From a virus (lineage: Duplodnaviria; Caudoviricetes), in IMG/VR virus record IMGVR_UViG_3300044675_002582, positions 1 to 25,923 of that record: a stretch of DNA of 25,923 nucleotides; one strand, given 5' to 3'. Below are positions 16,401 to 25,252 of this stretch, in pieces. Position numbers and translations under genes: made by a program. Under the pieces are notes generated by a model. The model was not told the origin of the DNA. It did no database searches and was given only the letters and a program-made list of their open reading frames with translations. Every line of letters starts with the position of its first letter. Position 1 is the stretch's first letter.

Positions 16401-19400
16401 AGCAATTTTTACAACATCGTTAGCACCTAATGCAAGAGTTTGACTTCCTGCAGGCAATAATTGGAAGTAACCTGTAAGTCCTGTTCCAGTCCATACTAGA
16501 TCTAAGATACCGCCAACTGGGTCGTACCACGACTGTAGCTGATTTGTGCCGTTTACAGTTAATGCACTTCTGCTGTCAATTGCTCCCACAATAGGACTAG
16601 ACATAAACGTAACAAATTCGTTAACGTAAAGTTTTTTTCCTACATATAATCCACCACTAATTCCTACCGCTTTTGTGCTTCCGGAAATTGTTGCCTGAGA
16701 AGTATTTGAGAATGTAATAGCATAAGGAGTAATAGCTCCTCGCATTGTTACACTTTCTAAAGTATCTGTTTCAGTAGTTAATACTTGAATGCCGTTTGAA
16801 TAGATATTTGCAGCAAATACATCGCCAACAATACCGACACCGCCACGGACTGTTAACGCACCGCTAGTTGTAGAAGTACTAGATGCGGTGTTTAAAATAG
16901 TAATTGCCGCAGTAGTTGTTGAACCTCGGTTAGCAACAGTGTCTAGTGTAGATGTATTCCAAATAACTATAACACCGGTAGAAGAAGAAACTGCTGTGTC
17001 AGTACCTGCTGTTATTGCAGTTACACCTAAATCTCCAATACTTGATTCAGTTACAACTGGGCTTCCATTAGAATATAAGTTGCTGGCATATAAGTTTCCG
17101 CCGACTCCTACGCCTCCAGTTACCACTAATGCACCGGTTGTGGTACCGGTTGAATTAGTTGCATTAGCAAAAGTCAATGCAACAGTGGTTGTTGATCCTC
17201 GTTGTGTAACAGTTTGAAGTGTAGATGTATTACTAATTGTAATAATACCACGTCCTGGATTTGAAAGACTACTATCAATATTGATATCTGCACCAGCTAA
17301 CGCTTGTGTTACAACATATTGACCAATTGTAGAAGTTGAAACAATTAAACCAGTTGAGTCAAAATATCTATTAGCGTATAAATCACCAGCAAAGCTACCG
17401 CCGCCGGCTACTTTTAACGCACCACTACCGAGTAGACCGCCGCCGTCAGTTGACATTAATTCTAATTTGCCAAACTTTGCTGCACCCCAAGTACCGGAAC
17501 TTGCAAAGCTAGGTACATATGAACCTGCCGGACCTGTTAAAACACTAGTCTTGTAGATTAGCGTTTCACTGTTGTTGTCCATACCTAAAAATGTTCTTGT
17601 GTATGTGCTAGTTCCTGAACCTGTATTATAGTGAAGTAATAAACCTCTATCAAAACCATCGTCTACGGTGAGGTCTGTTCCATCAGGATTAATACCTAAA
17701 TCTAATATAGGATCAACAATGCTAGTCTGTGTACTGTTAACAATTGTAGTTGTTCCGCGAACAACTAAATCTCCAACTATTGTTGCTTTGCCGCCGACCC
17801 ATAAGTCTTTAGCGATACCAACACCGCCGGATACTACCAATGCTCCAGTAGTTGTGGACACTGCATTTTCAACACTTGTGGCTAAAATCTGTCCAGTAAA
17901 GTTTAACGACCCGTTAACTTGTAAATCACTTTCAATAGTTGTTAAACTACCTGCAGGGTCTATTGTTAGATTACCGCTAATTGTACCAATTCTGCTGCCT
18001 GAAAACAGCAATTGGCCGACTTGAATACTTGTAGGTTGCAGAACCGATGTGTTAACACCGTCACTAATTGTCAAACTAGACAGCGGGCCTAATCTAAAGT
18101 TAGCTGTACCAAAGTCTACGTTACCTGTTCGTTGGTTAATACGGAATTCAGGACCAACTCTAAAGTCGCCTAAGTGGTCAACTGTTTGGAAGTATACTTT
18201 TGCACCATTTAGTCTAACAATTTCGTTAGCTTGAATTGCAAGACTCGGATCGTTAGTAAAGTCTTTTCCGCTACCAATGTGACTCATGTTAAAGGCAATT
18301 GCTTTAAAGTCAATACCTTCACCGTTGGCGTATATACCGTAATTACCGTAGACTACAGCAGAACCGATACTACGCAGCTCGCCGCCAAACTGTCTATAAT
18401 CTGCAAGACTGATTTGTTGAGCACTGGCCACTACTGCCGCAGTATAAGTTCCAGTAGTAGAGTAAACATTTTGACTGCCTAATCCGTCATCTGTAAAACT
18501 TGTACTTAAATTTGCACCATCGCAGTGTAATAATACAGTCGTGCTATTGTCACTTGCGTAAGCACTAGTTGGAGGTGTGAAAGATCCAGTGTATCTAGGA
18601 GTAGTGCTTATTCTAAGTTCGTCTAGATAACCTCGTAAACTTAATGTTGGTGCACCTGTATAACCACCAATAGTTAAACTATCTGCATTAGTTATATTTG
18701 CAGACGAAGTACTAGTTACTTCAAGGTTACCGTTGATAAACAATCTATTAGTATTGCTTAAATCACGGCTCATCATTACATGATACCATGAGCCTGTGCT
18801 TAGAGTATTTGTAGAAGTAAATGCAATAGCACCGTGCTGGCCTGCAAGTTTGTTGTCAGCACCTATCCAAAGACCAAATGTTGTTGAAGGAGTAAGTCCT
18901 TTATTGACAACGTATTGCTTTCTGCTACTCTGTGTTAGGTAAATCCAAGCTTCAACAGTATAAGAACTAAACCCGTACTGTAAATCAGCATCGCTTACAA
19001 TGTCTAATAAGTCGCCATCTGTAGTAAAATACGCTGCACCTGTTCCAAACTTGCGTTCAAAACTACTGATTACTGTGTTACCGTAAACGTTAATCGTTTT
19101 ACCAGTTCTGTCTGCTGCTTCAACGAACCCAGATGCCTTGCCGTCTAGGTAAACGTATTCGCTAGTAACTTCGTCAATTAATCCCGAAGCTAACAATGTG
19201 CCAGTTGAACCAACATAATGTAAGTTATGACCAACAGTAAATGTTCCTGTACTGTTTGCTAGGCGTAGTCTCGTGCGTCCTTGGCCGCCCCATCCAACAG
19301 ATCCGCTAGTACCAACAATACCTTTGTCTGCAAAATAACTGAAACCGTTTAATAATTCAACTCTTGTTCCGTTAGTAATATGTACTGCTTCACTGCTAGG

Positions 19401-20192
19401 AACAATAAAAGTTGCTTCGTTGAATAAAAATGCTGCTTCCAGGCTAGTGGGATCAACATTCGCACCGTCTAAGTATGCACCGCCGCCTGCATCGTTGCTG
19501 TCAAAACCGTAAGGATCTCCTGCGGTAGGATTTGAACCTTTTGTCAGTACAGAAAATCGTTCTACGTATGGACTACGTGTTGTGATCTTTGCCCCGGGGG
19601 CAAACTTAAATGCATATCCTGGTTTGTAAAATCCCCCAACAGTAAAGTCAGAGATTGTAGTTTCACCGTTTAATAAAAATGCACTCTGTGTATTTGTTGC
19701 TGTGGTAGGAGCAACGTATACTTGTCTAAGTCCTGCACCTTTAACTGACACGCCAACAGGAACAGTTAATGGAAATTCTTCAATGTAGGTTCCTGCTAAG
19801 ATATTAACCGCAGCATTTACACCAACGCTGCCCGCAAGTTCTAAACCTCGTTTAACAGTTTTAACAGCAGACTGGGGTAATTTTCCGCTTGCAGTATCGT
19901 CACCGTCTTCAGAGACATAGAAATGATGATAATCAGATTTTAATAAATTAACACCTTGAACAATTAAATCGCCCTGTATGCCTACACCGCCCGATACTAC
20001 TAATGCACCTGTAAGTGAACTAGTAGATGTTGTGGTATTTGTTATGAATAACGGGCCGCCAAATGTGGATTGGCCAGATGTTGCGATGCCCCCGTGTACG
20101 ACGAGTGCCCCTGTTGTGGTGCTAGTTGATGTGGCTGTTAAACCATTAAGAACTACAGCACCGTTTTTAACGATGAAATCAGCTTGTGCCAC
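13479..20192 (-). CDS. Large fibre-like virion structural protein with beta-helix-like region, LamG-like domain and TGALxVxGGxG repeats
   Basis: 2237 aa, GTG start. YVSEDGDDTASG...VKTVKRGL motif; LamG/ConA-like YTVEAWIY...WYHV...LFING...GYLDELRIS; many STTTGALVVxGGVG and TLxxVTxRGxTT repeats. Confidence 0.85.
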   Translation of the reverse strand: MAQADFIVKNGAVVLNGLTATSTSTTTGALVVHGGIATSGQSTFGGPLFITNTTTSTSSLTGALVVSGGVGIQGDLIVQGVNLLKSDYHHFYVSEDGDDTASGKLPQSAVKTVKRGLELAGSVGVNAAVNILAGTYIEEFPLTVPVGVSVKGAGLRQVYVAPTTATNTQSAFLLNGETTISDFTVGGFYKPGYAFKFAPGAKITTRSPYVERFSVLTKGSNPTAGDPYGFDSNDAGGGAYLDGANVDPTSLEAAFLFNEATFIVPSSEAVHITNGTRVELLNGFSYFADKGIVGTSGSVGWGGQGRTRLRLANSTGTFTVGHNLHYVGSTGTLLASGLIDEVTSEYVYLDGKASGFVEAADRTGKTINVYGNTVISSFERKFGTGAAYFTTDGDLLDIVSDADLQYGFSSYTVEAWIYLTQSSRKQYVVNKGLTPSTTFGLWIGADNKLAGQHGAIAFTSTNTLSTGSWYHVMMSRDLSNTNRLFINGNLEVTSTSSANITNADSLTIGGYTGAPTLSLRGYLDELRISTTPRYTGSFTPPTSAYASDNSTTVLLHCDGANLSTSFTDDGLGSQNVYSTTGTYTAAVVASAQQISLADYRQFGGELRSIGSAVVYGNYGIYANGEGIDFKAIAFNMSHIGSGKDFTNDPSLAIQANEIVRLNGAKVYFQTVDHLGDFRVGPEFRINQRTGNVDFGTANFRLGPLSSLTISDGVNTSVLQPTSIQVGQLLFSGSRIGTISGNLTIDPAGSLTTIESDLQVNGSLNFTGQILATSVENAVSTTTGALVVSGGVGIAKDLWVGGKATIVGDLVVRGTTTIVNSTQTSIVDPILDLGINPDGTDLTVDDGFDRGLLLHYNTGSGTSTYTRTFLGMDNNSETLIYKTSVLTGPAGSYVPSFASSGTWGAAKFGKLELMSTDGGGLLGSGALKVAGGGSFAGDLYANRYFDSTGLIVSTSTIGQYVVTQALAGADINIDSSLSNPGRGIITISNTSTLQTVTQRGSTTTVALTFANATNSTGTTTGALVVTGGVGVGGNLYASNLYSNGSPVVTESSIGDLGVTAITAGTDTAVSSSTGVIVIWNTSTLDTVANRGSTTTAAITILNTASSTSTTSGALTVRGGVGIVGDVFAANIYSNGIQVLTTETDTLESVTMRGAITPYAITFSNTSQATISGSTKAVGISGGLYVGKKLYVNEFVTFMSSPIVGAIDSRSALTVNGTNQLQSWYDPVGGILDLVWTGTGLTGYFQLLPAGSQTLALGANDVVKIAGGSPGANFVGINTATATAQLEVGGDIKAANIYSNGSLVITNASLGTYGVTSLTTGSGIAVNTSTGAVIIESIDTLQLVTGRGNSTTNAIIINNNTVSNSTLTGALVVAGGVGIGGQATIENVLVTSSLRGTPAATAVFENTTASTTTTDGAVVIYGGLGVGKQVRAAELYDNGNRVVTNVNPTAGSGITITDEISVGTATSFTINNAGVIAAVGSTYIGVSSATGIVTFTNLGVQTLTAGTDTSVSRTTGTVVVWNTSTLQSITNRGATTTNAISISNNTDSNTSTAGALTVAGGVGIGRNLIVGGNAAIYGNLQVFGTQTYVNSTQTVVIDPVLSLGAGFNNTNLTVNDGFDRGVLLHYSTTATSSSTYDNHSFLGMDNASKKLVYKTDIWPGGFQEFPALFSNTGTWGAAQFGSLNLVNTTSATNTVSGALTVSGGAGIGGDLYVGNKIYAAGLEVLTTSSLGSGGIGVSQIFAGTDTAVSSNFGAITIWSTATLDSITSRTSSTEQIIYFNNTSNATSTATGSVQVAGGVSVKKNLFVEGSIFGAPGYIEHSEYAGASSGTNQWIKCLTWSLPNVGDSTTFKIKSAVKATASVVYSDNMDNDVLWISYVKDTVSTVLGSVYWLSESGEAALSVSTANHTVTYNASTGQFEYWRRSTIAGGRIWTLITEEIPANTAYQTVTPAVIVNSSWAGSVTSLGTNATIDDPDVTSFEDLTVAGTLTHSGTTANISNNTAALTANIASAATLAATLKTVNIGTAGVATSIANVNIGSTITGALGVLTIASTLTNFRSTQTAINTQSAAVVIAGGLAVGDNIVVGDGATTRGILDANVISNGTFAAAGDAQSGLYILRGLATSTSTFTLTVNNTTATTNNQVILPDNASYMFKVFVTAKSTTSNDEGAWEFNGSISRYAGANTTVVRTVNKTKIWASQAYDVNVVADAVNGGLSVQAIGVASGSVRFVAKVETVEVTT
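18500..19090 (-). other. LamG/concanavalin-A-like domain within the 2237-aa protein
   Basis: KFGTGAAYF, YTVEAWIY, GSWYHVMMSR, RGYLDELRISTTPRYTGSFTPPT...TVLLHCDG. Confidence 0.8.
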
Positions 20193-20230
20193 TCAGTTTC
20201 CCTTTCCACTTGACGGCTTTAAATTTTTAG

Positions 20231-20236
20231 TATTTA
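20231..20236 (-). promoter_or_regulatory. T4-late-like promoter box
   Basis: TAAATA directly after the upstream stop codon, 38 nt before GTG 20192. Confidence 0.6.
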
Positions 20237-23200
20237 TTAAGTCACTATTGCCATACGCAAAGCTCTAAGATTCATACTTACCGGAGTATAGTTTGGTGTA
20301 AAGATAACGTTGATGTTACCGGTATTGTAAGTAACATCAAAAGTTCCTAACTCACCTGTGTTTGTAATGATACCATATTGACTGATATAAACTCCGCTAG
20401 TGTCGTTGGATCCGTCATACGTTACCATTAGTTCAACTACGTGGAATTTATTAGGAGTTCCTAGGTCAACTATCTGTACAAGGTACTTAGCTGTAGTAAA
20501 TTCATTACCTACATATGTGTCAATTGTTACAGCAGAATTATTACTCTTACCAATAACGGTTGCAGAACTGATCTGATTATCAACAACTTTAAAAGTCTGT
20601 GCTTTGACTTCGCCACCGGAAGTAATATTGCCGCCAACACCAACACCACCTACAACTTGCAATGCACCAGATGTAGTAGTTCCTGCGTTAGAATTAGTAC
20701 CACCTAACTTAACTTTGCCGCTGTTAACCTGTAATGCCCACTTGTTAGTAGCATCAGACCCACCTGTAAATAACGGTTCGTTATCGATGAAAACTGTAGC
20801 AGCGTTTGTCCATACCGGATTCAATACACCTTGAATAGTTGGACGGCCGATACTGTGAATAGCTAATGAATTAGGCGTTCCAGATGTTAACGAATCAATA
20901 TAAGTTGATGAACTTAATACTAGGCCAGCACCCAATGCATTGATTACATCTTGTGTTACTTGTCCAGAGCGAATTAATTTTCCGCCAATGAACACATCTT
21001 TAGCAACACCAACACCGCCCTTAACTACTACTGCACCAGTTGAGGTATTGATTGCAGTATCAGTGCTTAATACCTGTAGTTCTTTGCCTACAAATACTGC
21101 ACCGCCGACTCCAACACCTCCAACAACTGTTAAGTCACCTGTAGTAGTTGATGTAGAACTTGTTCCGCTATTAACACTTGCAGTTTGAATATTGATTCTA
21201 TTTGCATTAATAGTTTTGCCAACACCCAAGCCGCCAGCAATAACCACAGCACCGTTGTCTGTTGCAGTACTATCTAAGTCACTAGTAACAACCAGTGTCT
21301 CAACAGTTAAAGTGTTTACAACAGTTACAAGTCCACCAACAGTCAAATCACCGCCAATACCTGCACCACCGCCTACAACTAATGCACCAGTATCAGTACT
21401 TGTGCTTTGTGTAGTATCGTATATTTTTGTTCGGCCACCAATATTGACATTTTTACCAATGCCAACACCACCGACAACGGTCAATGCACCAGTATCAGTG
21501 CTGTCAGATTGAGTATCATTGAAGATTCTTAGTGTTCCGGCTAGTGTTTGATTACCGCCAACATTAAGATTGCCACCAATACCAACGCCGCCTGACACTG
21601 TGACTGCACCTGTGTCAGTGCTGTCTGATTGTGTTAGATTAATAAATGCGAAACTTAATGTAAAGATACCGCCAATATTATCGTTAACTGTGCCTGTTGT
21701 AAGAATTCTAGCATTACCGATGTAACCTTCTTCTTCAACATAAAGGTATCTAGTGCCAAGTCCGCCTGTAGGAATTTGAACTGCATTATTAACAATGTTG
21801 GTTAAAGAGAATGCACCGCTAGTAAATGTTACTGTTGAACTAGCAAAAGTACTATTACCGCTAACGGCAATCCCGCCTTCAACAATCAATGCACCAGTAT
21901 CTGCGTCAACAGATTCAGTAGCATCACGTAAAATTAAACTACCAGCTTCTAATGTGCTCCATGTTCCGCTATTATAATAATTACCAAACGGATCACTGCC
22001 AGAAACTCCGGGAAGAATTTCTTGTTTGAAAATAAATCTTTCTGTAGTATTTTCTAAACCAATAAATGCACGATAATCAGTAGCTGTACTTACAGAATTT
22101 TGATAGTGAATCAATAATCCCTTGTCGTACACATCTGGCATTGTCAGCATTGAGCCGTCAATACCGCCGCCAATTTCAATAACAGGATCAACAATATATG
22201 TGTTTGTTGAATTAATAGTTACCTGAGTACCTGTTCCTAATAAGAACAAGTCTCCTTTGATCACAGTTGAGCCGTCAACTGTTAATGATCCGCCAAAATG
22301 TCCACCGCCTGCAACTACTAAAGCGTTAGTTGCAGTAGTGCCGGTAGAACTTCCAGCAGCACCAATAATTAAATTCTTACCAATTCCAACTCCGCCAACT
22401 ACAGTAAATGCCGCAGTGTCAGTGGAGCTAGCCGCAGTGTCGTCTAATATTTTAGCAGTGTTTGCAGACAAGTTACTTTCAACTGTTGCACCACCTTGAA
22501 CAATTAATGCACCAGTACCAAACCCGCTACTGTCAGCTAGACTTGTCAACCATACTTGATTTTCAAATCTTGCAATTCCAGTAACACCCAAGCCGCCACC
22601 GTTTGTTACTTGTAAACTATTGCCACCAACTGTGGATGTATTAGATTGCCCGCCAACGAAGAACCCGTTCTGTGCATAGATATCTGCACCTACTCCTAAG
22701 CCGCCTTTAATTGTTAACGCACCACTTGATGTAGAAATTGCGTTTAATGTGCTTAGGAATGTACCAGTAGTTTCAGCTACAAATCGGCCGCCAATATATA
22801 AATTGCCACCAATACCTACACCACCATTATTGTCAACTACTAATGCACCCGTATTTGTGCTGATGGATTGCGTAGAAGTTGTAATGCGAATACCGTCTGG
22901 GAATTCAGCCAATCCAACGTTTTGTGTTGCACGAGTTAAAATTTCGCTGCTATTTAATGACCATGGTCCAAATAAACTACCGCCGCCATAACCAACCATG
23001 CCGTTGTTAAAACTAATTCCGCCTGCTACTTGTAATGCTTGACTAGACGTAGTTGATGTATTGCCGCTTGTTTCTCCTAGGAACATTGTTCCAGAAGTAA
23101 TGTACAATGACCATGCTTTTTCAATTGTTAAATTAGAGCCAGCTGTTGGTGCACCTTTAACATATATACTTGCAGCATTTGTGTATGTTGCATTTTCACT

Positions 23201-23491
23201 AATTGTATCAAGTACTGAACTACCAAAATAGTTAACAATACCCCAAGTAGTTCTACCGCTGATTAATTCATCAGTAAATGAAGCATCTCTTAAAGAAAGT
23301 TGAGCACCTATATTGTGTTCACGTCCCTGTGCGACATTGCCATGTCGTTTAATAGATCCGCCGACGTTGATATTTCCGCCTACGCCCGCACCGCCGGCGA
23401 CAATTAAAGCACCGGAAGAAGTTGCTAGTGACTGTGCAATCCCTTCTGCTACTATGCCTTGCTTGACGACGAAATCTTTTATTTGTGCCAT
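20237..23491 (-). CDS. Fibre-like virion structural protein with TGALxVxGGxG(I/V)GG repeats
   Basis: 1084 aa; roughly 15 copies of the repeat. N-terminus MAQIKDFVVKQG is paralogous to the 2237-aa protein; the C-terminal TAKYLVQI..KFHVVE..YGIIT domain is shared with the 581-aa protein. AAGGA RBS. Confidence 0.85.
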   Translation of the reverse strand: MAQIKDFVVKQGIVAEGIAQSLATSSGALIVAGGAGVGGNINVGGSIKRHGNVAQGREHNIGAQLSLRDASFTDELISGRTTWGIVNYFGSSVLDTISENATYTNAASIYVKGAPTAGSNLTIEKAWSLYITSGTMFLGETSGNTSTTSSQALQVAGGISFNNGMVGYGGGSLFGPWSLNSSEILTRATQNVGLAEFPDGIRITTSTQSISTNTGALVVDNNGGVGIGGNLYIGGRFVAETTGTFLSTLNAISTSSGALTIKGGLGVGADIYAQNGFFVGGQSNTSTVGGNSLQVTNGGGLGVTGIARFENQVWLTSLADSSGFGTGALIVQGGATVESNLSANTAKILDDTAASSTDTAAFTVVGGVGIGKNLIIGAAGSSTGTTATNALVVAGGGHFGGSLTVDGSTVIKGDLFLLGTGTQVTINSTNTYIVDPVIEIGGGIDGSMLTMPDVYDKGLLIHYQNSVSTATDYRAFIGLENTTERFIFKQEILPGVSGSDPFGNYYNSGTWSTLEAGSLILRDATESVDADTGALIVEGGIAVSGNSTFASSTVTFTSGAFSLTNIVNNAVQIPTGGLGTRYLYVEEEGYIGNARILTTGTVNDNIGGIFTLSFAFINLTQSDSTDTGAVTVSGGVGIGGNLNVGGNQTLAGTLRIFNDTQSDSTDTGALTVVGGVGIGKNVNIGGRTKIYDTTQSTSTDTGALVVGGGAGIGGDLTVGGLVTVVNTLTVETLVVTSDLDSTATDNGAVVIAGGLGVGKTINANRINIQTASVNSGTSSTSTTTGDLTVVGGVGVGGAVFVGKELQVLSTDTAINTSTGAVVVKGGVGVAKDVFIGGKLIRSGQVTQDVINALGAGLVLSSSTYIDSLTSGTPNSLAIHSIGRPTIQGVLNPVWTNAATVFIDNEPLFTGGSDATNKWALQVNSGKVKLGGTNSNAGTTTSGALQVVGGVGVGGNITSGGEVKAQTFKVVDNQISSATVIGKSNNSAVTIDTYVGNEFTTAKYLVQIVDLGTPNKFHVVELMVTYDGSNDTSGVYISQYGIITNTGELGTFDVTYNTGNINVIFTPNYTPVSMNLRALRMAIVT

Positions 23492-23505
23492 CTGTTGTTC
23501 CTTTG

Positions 23506-25251
23506 TTACCTACTGATGCTAGTTCTTACTGTTTTAACTTGCTTAGCCGATGCAGCGTCTGCTGTGAATAACAATCGTACTAGACCATTGCCTCCTATAT
23601 TATAATCCACATCAAACTCCCCCACTGTGCCTCCTGTAGTAATAATACCGTATTCTGATTTGTAAACGTTTCCATTATTATCCACTAATACAACTATTTC
23701 TACCACATGAAACTTTGCACTTGTTCCTACTCCGTCAGCTATCTGAATTAAAAGCTTCGCAGTCCTATAATTTGCAGCAGGAAAACTGTCTATTACCGTA
23801 GTACTTGTGTTATTTATGCTGGTACTGCGTGTAAACAGTTGACCGTCTCCAAAACGGACGCTTCCTGCTACTTGTAATTTGTCTACGCCGTTGTCGGTTT
23901 GCGGACCAACTAGCAAGTTTCCAGTGCTTTTTGTAATAGCCAAACGATAAGTGTTCTGAGTATCGTTATATAGCGTCAACCCGCCTTCGTTTAAGTTAGC
24001 ACCGGCCTGACCTTCGAAGTTATTTCCACCAACTCTCCATGTATAACTCTGCCCGTTAGTAGCAGTGTTACGCATTCTGAAGTAGACGCTGTCTGTTTGT
24101 ACCTGAGATTCTAAGGTAATGCTTTTGCCTACATACAGATTGCCGCCGATGCCCGCACCGCCCCAAACTTGCAACGCACCGGAATATGTGTTATTAGCTT
24201 CTGCAGGGTTTCTAATTCTTAATGGTGCAGATATTTCGCCACCGTTCCAATATAAATTATCAAGCGGTTCACCTTCGGCAAAATATCTCTGTGCGTATAT
24301 ATCTCCGTTAAATCCTGCACCACCCTGAACAATTAATGCCCCTGTAAACGTGCTAGTTGCAGAAGTTAGATCATATATTCTTACAGGACCGCCAATATTC
24401 ATATTGTCACCAATACCAACACCGCCTGCAACTACAAGAGCACCACTATCTGTGCTTGTAGAAGTTTCTGTACTGTTTAATCTTAGTTTGTTTGCAACAA
24501 ACGATCCAGTGCTTTCAATTTCTGTAAAAACGCCCTTACCTGGGATACGAGTACCAATGTCAGTTGCATCAATTAACTTGTTTGTGATATCTTGATTTTT
24601 AGTATCAGCAATGATTTGGTACCAATTTACTGGGTCTGTACCCAATGTATCAGTTGCTTTAAAATCATTATAAAAATATCGACCAGATAATGTATCGCCG
24701 TTAATAACACTAACAATGGCTGCTGCCATTTCTTCAGCAGTATTAGTATCTGCCGATCTTGCCCATGTTCCGTTACTGCCTGATCCTAAAAAGCTGACTA
24801 TGTAGATACCGTTAGTTGCAGTATTAGTTTGTGCCCTAACTAACACTCGATCATTTAGTGCTAATGCGTAGCCGTCAACTTCAATTGGTGCACCACCAAT
24901 TAAATCAATGCTAGCCGTAGTTGCTGCCTGAACAGGGCCTTTAAAGGCAGTCTGTGCATCTAAACTAGGAATGACAACATCACCGTATAGATATAACGTT
25001 CCAGTTCCGTTTGGTCTGTAGATTACATCGCCGTTGGGTATTGTACTTGAAATAAAGTTTGCAGTATTTGTAAATGTAAACTCAATCTGACCTAATGTAG
25101 AAGCATAAGTTGTCTGGCTGTTTGATGTTATTAGAGTATAACCAGTCGAAGTTGTAGGAGTATTACCTAACGCAGCCTGTGCTTGACCTAATGTGATATA
25201 GCCCGACGGTGAGGTCGGGTTTCTAACTGCTCCGCTTAATAATGATGCCAC
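23506..25251 (-). CDS. Fibre/decoration-like virion structural protein
   Basis: 581 aa, GTG start with GGAG RBS. KGPVQAATT...DRVLVRAQT...NGIY...WARSAD phage fibre module, GAL-V-GG repeats and C-terminal YRTAKLLIQI..KFHVVE..SEYGIIT domain. Confidence 0.85.
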   Translation of the reverse strand: MASLLSGAVRNPTSPSGYITLGQAQAALGNTPTTSTGYTLITSNSQTTYASTLGQIEFTFTNTANFISSTIPNGDVIYRPNGTGTLYLYGDVVIPSLDAQTAFKGPVQAATTASIDLIGGAPIEVDGYALALNDRVLVRAQTNTATNGIYIVSFLGSGSNGTWARSADTNTAEEMAAAIVSVINGDTLSGRYFYNDFKATDTLGTDPVNWYQIIADTKNQDITNKLIDATDIGTRIPGKGVFTEIESTGSFVANKLRLNSTETSTSTDSGALVVAGGVGIGDNMNIGGPVRIYDLTSATSTFTGALIVQGGAGFNGDIYAQRYFAEGEPLDNLYWNGGEISAPLRIRNPAEANNTYSGALQVWGGAGIGGNLYVGKSITLESQVQTDSVYFRMRNTATNGQSYTWRVGGNNFEGQAGANLNEGGLTLYNDTQNTYRLAITKSTGNLLVGPQTDNGVDKLQVAGSVRFGDGQLFTRSTSINNTSTTVIDSFPAANYRTAKLLIQIADGVGTSAKFHVVEIVVLVDNNGNVYKSEYGIITTGGTVGEFDVDYNIGGNGLVRLLFTADAASAKQVKTVRTSISR

Positions 25252-25252
25252 G

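Noticed and set aside
20193-20202. GGGAAAC slippery heptamer as a programmed frameshift fusing the 1084-aa and 2237-aa genes
   Set aside because: It lies downstream of the upstream gene's tandem TAA TAA stops and is followed by an in-frame TGA, so no translating ribosome would plausibly use it to fuse the genes.
13777-24595. Many 60-150 aa plus-strand ORFs (PTPP..T.AP motifs)
   Set aside because: Antisense mirrors of Gly/Thr/Val-rich repeats lying wholly within long minus-strand genes.
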